From Octopus vulgaris (Eukaryota): a stretch of 64,000 nucleotides of DNA. Under the pieces are notes generated by a model. That model was not told where the DNA came from. It made no database searches and saw only the letters and a program-made list of their open reading frames with translations. The translations under genes were made by a program, and so were the position numbers. Positions 38,210 to 51,203 of this stretch are shown in pieces. The stretch covers positions 29,388,001 through 29,452,000 of the forward strand of contig OX597821.1 of the NCBI GenBank assembly GCA_951406725.2. Reading direction: 5' to 3'. Each line of letters opens with the position of its first letter. Within the stretch, counting starts at the first letter, position 1.

Positions 38210-38251
38210 AACATATATATATATCTGTGAGCATATATATATATATGTATG

Positions 38252-38294
<43 letters not shown>

Positions 38295-38530
38295 TATATA
38301 TATGTGTGTGTGTGTGTATATGTATATATGTGTGTGTATGTATATATATGTGTGTGTGTATTTATATGCATATATATATACATATGTATATGCATATATA
38401 TATATACATGTATATACATATGTATGTGCATATATATATATGTATATACATATGTATATATATATATATATACATATGTATATATATATATATGTCTGTA
38501 TATGTATTTGTATGTGTATATATATATATA
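38210..38530. repeat. (TA)n/(TG)n compound microsatellite
   Basis: Direct reading. Confidence 0.93.
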
Positions 38531-38534
38531 TCTC

Positions 38535-39678
38535 ACCATCATCATGATTTAACATCTGTTATCCATGCTGGCATGGATTGGACAGTTTGACCAGTGCTGG
38601 CAAGCTTGAAGGCAGCAGACTCAAGTCTGATTTGGCATGGTTTCTACAGCTGGATGCCCTTCCTAATGCCAACCACTCCAAGAGTGTAATGGGTGATTTA
38701 CGTGTCGCTGGCACAGGTGCCATTTGTGTGACACCAGTTTCTGAAACAACTACAATTTTACTCAAGCACAACATAATGCTAAAAGTCTTGGTCATTTGTC
38801 ATTGCCTCCATGAGGAGTTTTCCATGTGTCATCAGCATCAGCCAGTTTGCCTCCATGAGGCCCAATGCCCAAAAGATGCTTTTTACATGCCACAGGCACA
38901 GGTGCCAGTTATTTGACACCAGCTTATCGCCAAAGATCTGTCACTAATCATTGCCTCTGTGAGGCTCAAAGTTCGAAGATCATGCTTCATCACCTCATCC
39001 CATGTCTTCTTGGGTCTACCTCAACCACAGCTTCCCTCCACAGTAAGATACCGGCACTTCTTTACACATCTGTCCCTGTCCATATGCATTACATTACCAT
39101 GCCAGCGCAGTAGTCTCTCTTGCATACTACATCTGATGCCTCTTATGCCCAAATTTTCTCTCAAGATGCTTATACTGTCGAACATGCACTGAGATTGCAC
39201 ATCCAGCAAAGTATACTGGTTTCATTTCTTTCAAGCCTAAGCATATCCTCTGCAGTCACAGCCCATGTTTCACTGTAGTGTAGCATACCTGTTCGCACAC
39301 AGACATCATGCAATCTGCCCTTCACTCTGAGAGAAAGGCCCTTTGTTGCAAGCAGAGTTAGGAGTTCTCTTAACTTTGCCCAGCCTATTCTTATTCTCAC
39401 AGTTATGCTCTTGGAATATCCACCTCCACTACTAACTTGGTCACCTATATAACAGAAGTTATCTACTACCGCTAGTTTGCCCCATTGGCAGTTGATGGAG
39501 TCTATTTTCAGTACATTTTCAGGGTTTATTGTACTTGTGTGTCATCCACACACAAAAGCTATTTTCCCTGTTAACCTTCCTCTGATATTGTTGCACCTTT
39601 TATGTGTTCATAGCTTGCACTGGGTACATCTTATGGAGTCTCTACATATGCCTTTTCTAAGATCAAACAGAGCCATCT
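38535..39678 (-). mobile_element. 5'-truncated RTE-clade LINE: PHD-like Cys motif, post-RT region and 3' UTR
   Basis: Frameshifted translation SIRCTQCKL*THKRC...FVCG, RIRIGWAKLRELL..LATKGLSLRVKGRLHDVCVRTGMLHYSETWA...RLERNE, RLLRWHGNVMHMD; (GAT)n tail at ~38535-38546. Confidence 0.92.
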
Positions 39679-39683
39679 ACATG

Positions 39684-39730
<47 letters not shown>

Positions 39731-39815
39731 GTGTATGTATATATTAAATGTACAAACACACACATGCATGCATGCACATGATGGATACATGAGCAAGTGT
39801 GTGTATATACATATA

Positions 39816-40660
39816 CAGGGTGTGGTGAACAAACTGTTGTCTAAATTAAACTGAAATAAAAATAACACTGCCATCTCATTTTAACAGATATATTTGCCAA
39901 AATTACATAGAAATATCTTGAAATAATAAATTAATTTATACAATAAAATCGCCATTGGTTTCTACTACAGCCTCCATACAACTTTGGAATCCTCTGCAAC
40001 TTTTCTGGATGGTCTCCTTGTTTAAGTTGGTCAATGCTGCCATAATTATTGCCTTCAGTTCATCTTAGGTGTTACAAAGAGTTTTGTTGGTCTCTCACTC
40101 AACAGCACCCTATACATAATAATCAAGTGGGTTGCAGTCTGGGGAGTTAGGGGGCTAGATGTTAAGGGTGATGTGGTCACAGAAATTGTCTGACAGCCAT
40201 GACTGGGTTTTCCTGTTTGTGTGGCATGGTGCAGAGTCCTGTTGCTGGACAAAGGGTTTTCCAGCAGCAACCTTCTTGACCCAGGGCAGCACTACCTCCT
40301 CCAGGCACTTGATGTAGGCTTCAAGTTGAGTCTGAGGCAATGTGAGAAGATGAATGGAGGCATAATGTTGCCATCACTAGTGATCCCACCAAACATCATG
40401 ATATTGACTGGATGGATATTTGATTTTTTATCACTCTCAGTACATGTACTGTATTCAGTTTGACACCCAAACACTCTGAAATGTTCATATTGGAGCTTTT
40501 GTTGTGAATGCTAAGCAATACAGCATGTCGTTTCCAAGTTTCTGGCAGTGTGAATTGTGTCATAGTGCTGTTTTTTTCACAGATGGTGCTCAACTGAGTC
40601 TACTATACTGTGTAGCTGACAAAATCAAAAACAAACAGCATGCATGCGCAATAGGAAAAG
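39816..40660 (-). mobile_element. Decayed maT/DD37D-like transposon (one TIR)
   Basis: TA|CAGGGTGTGG end. Peptides IMMFGGITSDGNIMPPFIF, YIKCLEEVVLPWVKKVAAGKPFVQQQDSAPCHT..KTQSWL and PNSPDCNPLDYYV. Confidence 0.88.
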
Positions 40661-41347
40661 TTGACCAAGGCACAATTTGAACTCAGCGAACTAAGAATCA
40701 CAACAAATACTGCAAGGAGGTCTATCCAAAACTCTGATAAAAACTTTGTTATAGCAAATAAACCAGCTCGTTCAGAGGTTAAATATCTTAATTCTGGTTG
40801 GTTGCTGTTGTTGTCGTTAGTGTTGCTTAGCAGCAGGTATCTTCTAATCAAGTTATTCAAGCCATGTTCACACAAGTTTTGCTTAAAGTGGAATTGATCT
40901 CGGTCTACATTAACTTAAATATATGTCTCCATGTTTTTTTAAGGCAGCAAAATGATATGAGAGAGATTTAGCCAGATTTGAATGGCAGCAAAACTGCACT
41001 TCACTGTTATTTCATTTTTAGCATACTGAGAGACCACATAGTGGCTATTTCTTAGGTTTGGTAACAAATCTAAGGCTCCGTTAAACACAGTAAAATAAAG
41101 CAGTAAAGGAGCAATGGATAATGATACAAACTTTTCTTTTAGGTGACATCAAATAAGAGTTAAATGGCTTGTACATGATCCATCATGCTAAAACATGTTT
41201 TGATGCAAATTCTAGTAAGACAACAACTATATTAGCTTCTCCAGAAATCCTGTTAACCCTATTTGGAGATGAATTAAAACAGTCAAGGATACTGCATCTT
41301 CCCTAAGGACTAACAAATGAAAGGTGCGTGCATATATGTTTGAGAAA

Positions 41348-41373
41348 GAGACGGACGGACGGACGGACGGACG

Positions 41374-41457
<84 letters not shown>

Positions 41458-41476
41458 GGCAGACAGACAGACAGAG
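41348..41476 (+). repeat. (GGAC)n/(AGAC)n microsatellite
   Basis: Direct reading. Confidence 0.96.
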
Positions 41477-42178
41477 AGCATGTCTATGATTGTATGTTGT
41501 CTATGTTTAACTACTAGAAGTCTTCCACTAAGAAAGGAGCTGGTTTCTAAGATGCCAGACTCTATCTGAAATGCAGATAAAAAAAAAGACATTCTGGACT
41601 TGAGAAAAGTAAAAATCTTGCATATTTTTACTGTTCCCCCTACAGATTGTATTTGTAATGTGTACATTAGCTAGTTGGTTTCTTTTTGTGAAAACACCAG
41701 CTTTTCCAGATTCTCACTAACACATTTAATCTCAAAACTAAGTGCACCAACTTTCATTGGTATAAATGTGAATTTAAATTTCTAGGTGTAAGCATATTTA
41801 TCTAAATAGAGGGTAGCATATCTTTCAAACACGTTGTATTAAAAACATGATTATGTCCACTTATAAGTGGGGATTTTCCATATTCCCTTATTTGTCTTTT
41901 ATGTTTGGGTCGGAACAGCAATGTTCCTAAATTTGTTAGGCTGACATTTCAAGAAAATTACAATCCGAAATTAAACCTTCAGCATTTAAATTGACCATAT
42001 CTTGCCCAAATATTCTACCTGTTTTATCAGATAATGCATGACTAATTCAAAACAATGTCAATAAATAAGCATTACATTTGACAGATTGATCTTAATGCTA
42101 AATTATTAAACTGTTTTAAAGCATGTTGTTCATACTTTCTGCAATAGAGCACGAAGGGTTACAGAAATAATTTTAAAA

Positions 42179-42566
42179 TCTCTCTATATATAAACGGCAG
42201 TTTGTCTGTGCGTGTTTCTGTGTGTCTGTTTGCTTGTACCCTCACCCTGACCACGGCTTTCAACCGATTCTGATGAAACTTGACACACACATAGCCCAAT
42301 GTCATAATTCAAAACTAACGCAGTCAAAAATTTTGAAAAGTTTCCCCAGTTCTGAAAAAAAATCGATAAATTCGACATGGGGTCGAGAATCAGAAACACG
42401 AACCACAAACTGTCTAGGGGACGCAACTCCATCCTTTTTTAACTCTCAAAAAAAAATTTACCATCATTTTTTTCCATTTTTTTGCTATTTTTTGGCTATA
42501 ACTCTCTAAAAATGCTTTATAGTTATTTCCCTTACAAACCTGAGCAACGCCGGGCGATACTGCTAG
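42179..42566 (+). mobile_element. Non-autonomous Helitron
   Basis: Inserted between A and T; 5' TCTCTCTATATATAAA; 3' GC-rich hairpin CCTGAGCAACGCCGGG followed by CTAG; no TSD. Confidence 0.85.
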
Positions 42567-43710
42567 TTGCTTATAATCTTAATTCCAAATGTAATATTAA
42601 ATAACAATAAATCAAGGTATATTTCAAGACATTATGACACATTTTACAGGAGTTGTATCTGTGCTTCTAATCTAGGTTTGTATTCAGCGATTAACAAAGC
42701 CACCAGTTTTTCTCTTTCTTCTTTTTTTCTTTTTGTATATTTCTACAGAAAACTGTGGAGCAGTCAATGAGTATTTTTCTATACAATTTTATTTTGTGTA
42801 CTACATTATAATGAGTTAGGTTGCAATGGCTCTTTGTAAATGCAAGGTCAATTGTTGAGAAAGTCTCATATTCATGTGTCCAGTGTGTGCTCAGTGTGTG
42901 GGTGTGAATGGGTGTGTGTGGGGGTGTGAATGGGTGGGTGTGTGTAAGCAGGCATGTGTGTGCATGTGAGACCATGTATGTGTGTGTGTGTGTGTGCGTG
43001 TGTGTGTCAAACAGCCTCGAGATCATTTTTTTTATTATATGTTTAACAAGTTATCTAATTGTAAAGATCCTTTGAAAACTTAATTGGATTTTTTCCTTGT
43101 TATATTTATTTCTCTATTTTGTTATTTTGGTTTTTAAATTTGTCTTCATAAAAGCAAGGAAAAGTATAAGTAAGAGGGGTAATGCAATGCTAATTATCCC
43201 AGAGACAGCTATGCAAATAGACATTAGAAGAAACTGTATCAACTTAATGAGCAATTAATTTACTATCAATAATTATACTGATTTAAGTTGCAGCCTAGGT
43301 TTCAGCTATTTTCTCATTCAATAATTAGGTGAATAGCCAAAAAGCTTTGAAAAAAAAAAACAAATAAAAAGAGAAAATAAACGAAAATAGCTAAATAAAA
43401 AAAAATCAATGATGAGTTTGACAACAAAAATTAGCAATAAAACAACAATAAAGTTCCATTCTTCTTAATGCAATGTTCTATAATGAAGTGTGAGGGATGG
43501 ATAATAATATGTTCAGATGATCTTGCAGATATTCCAATCATAATTACATAAATCTCCCCGAATGCATGTATGTATGCAGTTGAGAAGAAATGCATGTGAA
43601 TATGCATACAGACAGGAATGCATGTATGTAGACTTGCAAGTAGGAACATATGAATGTATGCAAGCATTCAGGAACACGTGTATGTAGTCGTGCAAAGAAA
43701 AAAACAAATA

Positions 43711-44333
43711 TGAGGTCTGATCAATAAGTATCCGGACTGTTGCCATAGCAACAAAGCTTAAAGCCTGCAGGGTGAAGTCACTTGGCAGAAATTGACCACC
43801 TTGAACTCTGCTGTGCATGCACGTTAAGTTTTAACGTTCTAGCTCACTTCCACTGTTTACAGCAGTGCTTGGAAGGAAGGTGTGTAGCATGTGATCATCA
43901 CAGTGACCATGACAGAGAAAGTTGTCATGGCGATACCTGCTCAGAGGCCAACGCAAAGTTGCAGAAAGTGTATGGAGAGGAGTGTATGAGCCACACACAA
44001 GTGTATGAGTGTTTCAGATGTTTCTAAGATGGCCAAAAAAGTATCGATATTGATGAACATTCTGAGAGACCAGCAACCAGCAGAAATGAGGAAAACATTG
44101 CAGGTGTGCTTGCAGCTGTGAGGGATAATCATCAAATCACCATCTGTGAGTTATCAGAGGATGTGCAGATTAGTTACAGTTCAGTTCAGTCCATTAACAC
44201 TGAAGATTTGGGTATGAGACACGTATCTGTCTTGTTTGTGCAAAAACTGCTTTCAGCTGACCAAGAAGACACTCGGGTTTCAGTTGCACACAAGATCTCT
44301 TTGTTTCTGTCAAGAACAATGAAAACTTTTTGA
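43711..44333 (+). mobile_element. mariner (DD34D-type) 5' fragment with decayed N-terminal HTH region
   Basis: TA|TGAGGTCTGATCAATAAGTATCCGGACT end; LQKVYGEECMSHTQVYECFRCF*DG..IDEHSERPATS...ITICELSEDVQISYSSVQSI.TEDLGMRHVS..FVQKLL (WVPRLL-like). Confidence 0.88.
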
Positions 44334-44596
44334 GCCATGCCGGTTTCTTGGCGTATAGGTTCCCCACCTGGACAGGACGCCAGTCCGTCGCCGATGAGCT
44401 GCAAGATGCAGGAGGAAAGAGTGAGAGAAAGTTGCGGCAAAAGAGTTAGCAGAAGTTCGCCATTACCTTCTGCCGAAGCCGCGTGGAGCTTAGGTGTTTT
44501 TGCTCATAAACACACACATCGCCCGGTCTGAGATTCGAACCTGCGATCCCTTGACTGCGAGTCTGCTGTTCTAACCACTAGGCCATCTGCCTCCAC
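44334..44596 (-). mobile_element. tRNA-derived SINE truncating the mariner
   Basis: Minus-strand head GTGGAGGCAGATGGCCTAGTGGTTAG (A box)...GGTTCGAATC (B box); 3' GACGGACTGGCGTCCTGTCCAGG. Confidence 0.85.
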
Positions 44597-44801
44597 TAAC
44601 ACTGGAGTATGATATAACATAAACAATAAAACCACCAAACACCAAGAAACCAAGAACCCCTAGACAAATATATTGTATACCCCAGCATCCTTTGCTAGAA
44701 CCATTTCAATATACATTTCCTCATTTTTACACAGCATGTGCACCAGATGGAATGAGTTTAAGAAATGTCAGCATGCCGGCCACAAATTGAAACTGAATCA
44801 A

Positions 44802-44833
<32 letters not shown>

Positions 44834-45391
44834 CAGTATAATAAATATATATCACAAACTAATGATAAATGATATATGCTACAACAAAGTGGGCAATCAA
44901 TTTTGATTGGAAATTGCTGGAGTCTCATTAGAATATAACAAAAGTCACGTCCTCACACTCTGACAGTTCCTGAGATGACACAGAAAGGAAGAAAGAACAA
45001 TGCACAGTGTCTTAATTTATTAGATGTTATTTGTATTAATTAAATAATTTACCATCTACTACACCATAAAATTTATACTGGGCCATGATATAAATCTGTA
45101 TTTAGATGCGTACATTTAAACACACTCTTACATTGTAATTTATGTAGACATTAAATTGACTGAGTGGTTACATAACACTGGTTTGAAGATACTCGAAAAA
45201 TCAAAATGGAACTTACAAAGCAGCACAAAATTATTTTCCATTTTAAAACTTCTACAGTTGTTTTTTTAAAAGAAATCTTTAAATATTTTCTTTTGGGACA
45301 CTTTTGCTTTGTTTTTTTTTCTGACCTTGAATATTATCTGAAGCTAATTGCAGAATATGAAAACTCACAAATGCCTTTATTTTCTGCTTTA

Positions 45392-45815
45392 CAGGTATAG
45401 CTGTGGGGGTTAAAAAGTTTGGTTCTCCACTGCATGGTTTCACATTCAGTGCCGCTGTGTGCTGCCTTGTGCAAGTCCCTTCTACCTCTTCTTTAGCCCC
45501 AGGAAGACATAAAGCCTTGTAAATGAATTTGGTAGACAGATAATGGAAGAGACCCATCTGGTGTGTGTGTGTGTGTGTGTTTAAATGTCTTGTCATTAAG
45601 CTATATTTGTAAATGAATATCACCATCATACAAGCAGTATCCACTTTCAATTTTTCATGGAAACATGTTCAGTTATAGGGAAACATTAGCTTTCTTGGAA
45701 ACAAATGAGAATTTGACAGAAAGGGCATCCAGCCATGAGAAATTTGCCTTAAAGAAACTTTGTCCGACCCATGCAAGCACAGAAAAGTAGACAATAAAAT
45801 GATGATGATGATGAT
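45392..45815 (+). mobile_element. SINE: family-A head + (TG)n + D body + RTE-like tail
   Basis: Head ...AAAGCCTTGTAAATGAATTTGGTAGAC; tail AAGGGCATCCAGCC...CCGACCCATGCAAGCA...AAAATGATGATGATG. Confidence 0.7.
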
Positions 45816-46318
45816 GGAAGCTAAACTTGTTCTCTGTTATCTCGTTACATATTTGGCTTCAGTACTTTAACTTCTTGTTGAATACTACGCTTCAGTTCCT
45901 AAAGAGCTTGAATCCAAAAAAATACATCAAAAGAGAAATTCCTTTACTTTTCCATTTGCTTTTGAAATGGAAAATAACTTTCCACACAAAATACTATGAC
46001 TGTACTAAACTAACCCAAACAGCAAACTTCTGTGAAGATGCATGATCTGCTAGAAATACCAGCTAAATTTTCTCTTCAATCAAAATTCTGGTGCTTTTCT
46101 AAAAGGTGATGGAGACCTATAGTAATGTAATGTGAAATATACTATATCTGAAAAGACTGGATGGTCACAATTGGAATACTTTTGGTCATAGATATTCTGG
46201 ACTAGATTAACTTGGGGCTAAATAAACTGATGCAGCTTATTTTATTTAAAGTGAATATACAAACAAAATTCCAATATATATATGTGTGTGTGTATGTGTA
46301 TGTACATATATATGTATG

Positions 46319-46375
<57 letters not shown>

Positions 46376-46382
46376 ATATATA

Positions 46383-47464
46383 AGCGTAAACATTCATACC
46401 AGAAGTTGACTTTTATTTATGCTGGACAGTATAATGCTTACTTTTTCTGTATAAATTTACTAAAATCATTAAATGGTTAACTACTTTTTAAAATCTGACA
46501 TTTATGCTGGTAAACACAGTCTGGGCCATATTTTACATTGCTTGGAGTTTCTACCTATCGCAATGACACACCATTGACATACATACTGATATGGGTATTC
46601 CTGACTGAAAAAAATGTAATGATATGGATATCTCGATAGTATGTTTTTATTTTTGTCTATTTATTACTAGGCACAGTTTAAGTTTGTCATACTGTTTGCA
46701 CCAATTTTGAACATTGGCTTCATTAATATTAAAATGCCTTCTGCCAATTCTCATTATGTTCAAATGCATATTCAACATATATCAATTTTCCTTCGCAGTA
46801 AACGATTCATAATTTCAGCCCAAACTGACAATAATGGTAATGACAAATTTTAAAGTTTGCTTGACATTTTACAAGTGTAAAAGGGATTCAAATTTCGATA
46901 CTCCATACCAAAGGTTCCGACAAGAATAGGCGGAAAAGAATTATGTTTGCATAATCATTTTGAACAGTCACCTTCTGTCAGTTGAGTAAAGTGTCATCAA
47001 AGCTGATGTTTATTGGTAATTAAACTTAATTTGCAATACCTGTGCGTATTTATCAGCTTTGTTTTTGTTGGTACTTCTTATCAAAAAGTTTACCTGTAAT
47101 CATGATTTGAGAAGACATACAGCAGTATGCTAAAGATCGGACATAATCTCTTGTGGGCTAGAAATGCAAATTAAAGTTTATTACAAACAACACAAACACT
47201 TTGTAATTCAATAGCTTTCAATATGATAGCTGTTACACAGAAGTTATTTTTATTTAATGAAACTTTAATAAAATCTAACCATAAGTAAGTGAAATTATGT
47301 TAAATACAATTAAACTAAAAAGCTTTTTCGCCTGGCTATATCAGCAATTCTGAAAACTTTTGGGTGTGAATTTTACATATTTAGAAGCTTTTTTCCAAAT
47401 TTTATCCTAAAAATCACCTGCGTACATTACACAGGTGCACAAATTACATGAATTTTTACAGTGT
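46383..47464. mobile_element. Possible old Tc2/pogo-like non-autonomous DNA transposon
   Basis: Right end (reverse complement) TACACTGTAAAAATTCATGTAATTTGTGCACCTGTGTAATGTACGCAGG versus left end CGTAAACATTCAT...GTATAATGC; both ends next to TA repeats. Confidence 0.35.
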
Positions 47465-47489
47465 ATATAAATATATATATACACATATA

Positions 47490-48095
47490 TTGAAAATGTG
47501 CAGAAAACAGCTTCCATCGCATACCAGGGGGAAAAACTAGAAGTAGCTGATAGTTTCTGTTACCTAAGTGACCAAGTCAGTAGCTGGGGTAGATGCTCCA
47601 AGAGTGTAGCTGCTACATCAAGAATAGCCCAAGCAAAGTTCAGAGAGCTCCTACTTCTGCTGGTAACAAAGGGACTCTCGCTCAGAGTGAATGGTAGACT
47701 GCATGATGCATGTGTACAAATAGCCATACTACACGGCAGTGAAACATGGGCTGTGATTTTGAGGACATGCATAGGCTTGAAAGAAATGAAGCTAGTATGC
47801 TCAGCTGGATGTGTAATATGTGTGCATAGATGTCAAAATGTAAGCACCCTGAGAGAAAAGTTGGGCATAAGAGCATGACCTTCAAACATTGGGCCTTACA
47901 GAGGCAATGACAAGCAACTGAGATGTTTGAAGATATGCTGTGCTTCAGAAGACCTAACAAACCAAGTGAAAATGTGTACGTGGCCCACGCCAGTGTCACA
48001 TAAACAACCCCTTTAAAAGTACCCTTCACTTGTCAGGCAATATACTGTGCTTGAGAAGACATGTTGAGTCAAGTGAAATTGTTGTCATGGCCGAT
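47490..48095 (+). mobile_element. RTE LINE fragment (same family as 38535-39678), internally deleted
   Basis: LEVADSFCYLSDQVSSWG...AKFRELLLLLVTKGLSLRVNGRLHDACV..AILHGSETWA, then part of the 3' UTR. Confidence 0.88.
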
Positions 48096-48721
48096 TTGTT
48101 TATAAGATAAACTAGAAAAGAAAAAGGAAAGAGATACAGGAGGTAAGTCAATGAATAAATTGTGCAGGGCCAATTATATCCTTCAGTATCTTAACGTTAT
48201 AACATGCATGAGGGAAGAATTAGGGAATCTTCGGGGTAGAGGTTAAGAGAAGGCAACTAGTATTGGCGATTCAGCGGTTCAATGGCAACTAATAGTTAAT
48301 GAAACTGGGCTAAACCTCGTATATAACAAATTGCAGTAATAATTAGGTAAATACAGGTATGCAAAAAAAATTCATCCTATAGGTGCACTACAATGCACAA
48401 ATAAAATGGCACTTACAATTAGGCGGATAATATTTAAGGCCAAGTCACAAGCTGAAATAATGTCAACTAATGAAACACCCTAGTTGTCAACAGTGTCCTA
48501 AGTAAGCTTCATAAGCATTACATAGTCATTAATGTATAGAGTTCCTATTATTATAAAACAATTTAAAAGAATATAATGGCACTAATGGGTACAATTAATA
48601 CTGGGTCCACAGGCAGATTGGTAATGAGAAAAATTACCTTGATTCAAGCAATTTACTAACTATGCCTAAAAAGCAAGAACAAATACCCTAAGATAAGGGA
48701 GGAATACTAATTAAATCTTCA

Positions 48722-48933
48722 CTTTTCTCTTTTACTTGTTTCAGTCATTTGACTGTGGCCATGCTGGAGCACCGCCTTTAGTCGAGCAAATCGACCCCAG
48801 GACTTATTCTTTGTAAGCCTAGTACTTATTCTATCGGTCTCTTTTGCCGAATCGCTAAGTTACGGAGACGTAAACACACCAGCATCGGTTGTCAAGCAAT
48901 GTTGGGGGTACAAACACAGACACATAAACATAT

Positions 48934-48978
<45 letters not shown>

Positions 48979-49145
48979 TACGACGGGCTTCTTTCAGTTT
49001 CCGGCTACCAAATCCTCTCACAAGGCTTTGGTCGGCCCGAGGCTATAGTAGAAGACACTTGCCCAAGGTGCCACACAGTGGGACTGAACCCGGAACCATG
49101 TGGTTGGTAAACAAGCTACTTACCACACAGCCACTCCTACGCCTA
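48722..49145 (-). mobile_element. tRNA-derived SINE, family A (full length, young)
   Basis: Near-identical to 33058-33458. Confidence 0.92.
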
Positions 49146-49934
49146 TATAATCTAATCATTAAAATTATAAACAAAGGTATATTGACTCTAAGTGGGTGCA
49201 AAAAATACTGGTGGACATAGAGTACAATAAAGTAAAGGAAAGATATAAAACACAATAAAAATGTGTGTGTGTGTATGATGATGCTTCTGATGATGATGAT
49301 GAATTCACAAACTTGCACATCTTTGGTCAGCCTGGGATTGCAGAAGAAAGCACTTGCTGCAGGTTCTGTGCAGTAGGACTGAACCTGAGACCACATGGCT
49401 AAGTACTGAACTTCTTAAATGTACAGCCATACTTGAACCTCAAAGATATTTTACCACTAGCATGCACGAACATATTTCAAATAATTTTCTATTAATTTTT
49501 GAAAATAATTAGGAATTTTGGTGAAACTTAGTAAAATAAGTAATAGTGTCATTATCAATTTGGTATTTAATAACATCTCTAACCTTGTCACCATTAATCT
49601 GGTGTTTGGAATGTAACTTAACCGAAAGATGCTGCATAAAATAATGATGTAAGTTTTTAATGTAGATATAATCACTTTAAAAGATGAAGCTTATATCTAA
49701 ACAAAAAAACAGGTTTAGTCTCCAGTCAGTTGTTATTAAAAGGATCCAAGTCAGAAAATATCAATTTAAGACAGAAAAGTGAAACATGCCCCCATGACAG
49801 GGTCATAACCAGGTATTTATCATTGCCAAATCACTGTGTTACCAATTTTTCTATAAAGCACATCATTTATACGATCTCATTTCCATCAGTGTAAGTTTAT
49901 TTATTGCATTTTTCCTTCAAATTTTTTTCATTTC

Positions 49935-50483
49935 TATAGCTGTGTAATTAAGAAGCTCACTTTGTAACCATGTGATTTGATGTTGAGTCACACTGTGTGA
50001 CACTTTGGGCTAGTAGCTTCTATACTAGACCCAGGTTGACCAATGCCTTGTGAATAGATTCAGGAGAAGAAAACTGTGCAAAGGACCTTCTGTGTGAGTG
50101 TGTTCTCATGCCTCCATTAGTTAGAACTTTGGACAAACGAGATCAATAGGCTAAGTAGCAAACTTAAGAAAAGAAAAAGATCTGGGGTTCATTTATTCAA
50201 TTGAACCCTTCATGGCATGCCCCAGCATGGCTGAAGTCCAACGGCTGAAACAAGTACAAAATAGAATATATCAGATTGGTGCCTATCATATTCAATGTGA
50301 CTTTAAAACTTTAAATATATATATGGAAAGCTTCTTTCAGTTTCTCTGTACCAAATTTAGTCAGAGGGCTTTGAATAGCCCAGGGCTATAATAGAGACAG
50401 TCTTGCCCAATGTGCCACACAATGTTACTGAATCTGAAACTATGTGGTAGGAAAACAAACTTCTTCATGACACAGCCATGCCT
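49935..50483. mobile_element. Two diverged family-A SINEs, tail-to-tail (49935-50265 +, 50325-50483 -)
   Basis: Head and tail motifs as in family A. Confidence 0.65.
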
Positions 50484-50966
50484 CAACATCTTAATTCATT
50501 TATAACAAATTTTTAAAGCTTTGAATTACACAGAAGGGAAAAACAAATGTTTAAACCCTTCAAAGAACACTGGAAACAAAAACAAAAATAATACAAGCAA
50601 CAACAAAACACCACATAGTAAACATCACTCAAAACATTTCATTAAATGAGCACAAGACCAAAGAGGAGGTTTAGAAGAGAGATTCTATTCCATCTCTACT
50701 ATTGTTGCTCAACACAGGACTACTGCTATTGTAATGAACACCATGCAATATTGGATGTTATATTTTGGAGACTTCTGTGCCTTAAAAGAGGATGAACAGC
50801 ACTCAACTATATTGATATTAATAGCAGAAACAAACTGCATCAAATCCTGGATCTAATGAAGCAGAAATTTTCAGCACTAAAAGGTGAATCAGTTCTCAGT
50901 ATAGCCACTTCATAAAGATGATTTGGAATCTATTAGTTGTAAATTCACCTGCAGTCGTACACAATT

Positions 50967-51203
50967 ATTGTTGTTGTTCTTCTTCTTCTTCTTCTTACAG
51001 CATTCACCTGGGGTGGGTTGAGCTGGCTTCATTCATCCTCAATGCTGCATTTCTCACAAACGCCGACCAGGCCTGGCAATTTGAGGCTAACGACCTCGTG
51101 ATCTCCAACCACTCCTTATTCCAGCGGCGAACGCCGTAGATATGGGGCCAAGGTTGGGTTCCAGATCAGCCTTGACTGTCATCAGCCAGGTTTTTCGTTG
51201 TCC
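50967..51203 (-). mobile_element. Second RTE family, 5'-truncated 3' end with (GAA)n tail and probable TSD
   Basis: GQRKTWLMTVKADLEPNLGP/IYGVRRWNKEWLEITRSLASNCQAWSAFVRNA...*; ACACAATT at 50959-50966 and 51204-51211. Confidence 0.8.

Noticed and set aside
44520-44596. tRNA gene
   Set aside because: A and B boxes are present, but the sequence continues into a SINE body and lacks a convincing acceptor stem.
46880-46985. THAP-domain-like LCxxxHFE peptide
   Set aside because: Spacing is wrong and the other THAP Cys/Trp/Pro residues are not visible.
48100-48720. Possible Penelope GIY-YIG coding remnant
   Set aside because: Translation of the frames I tried on both strands gave no recognisable motif; left unassigned.
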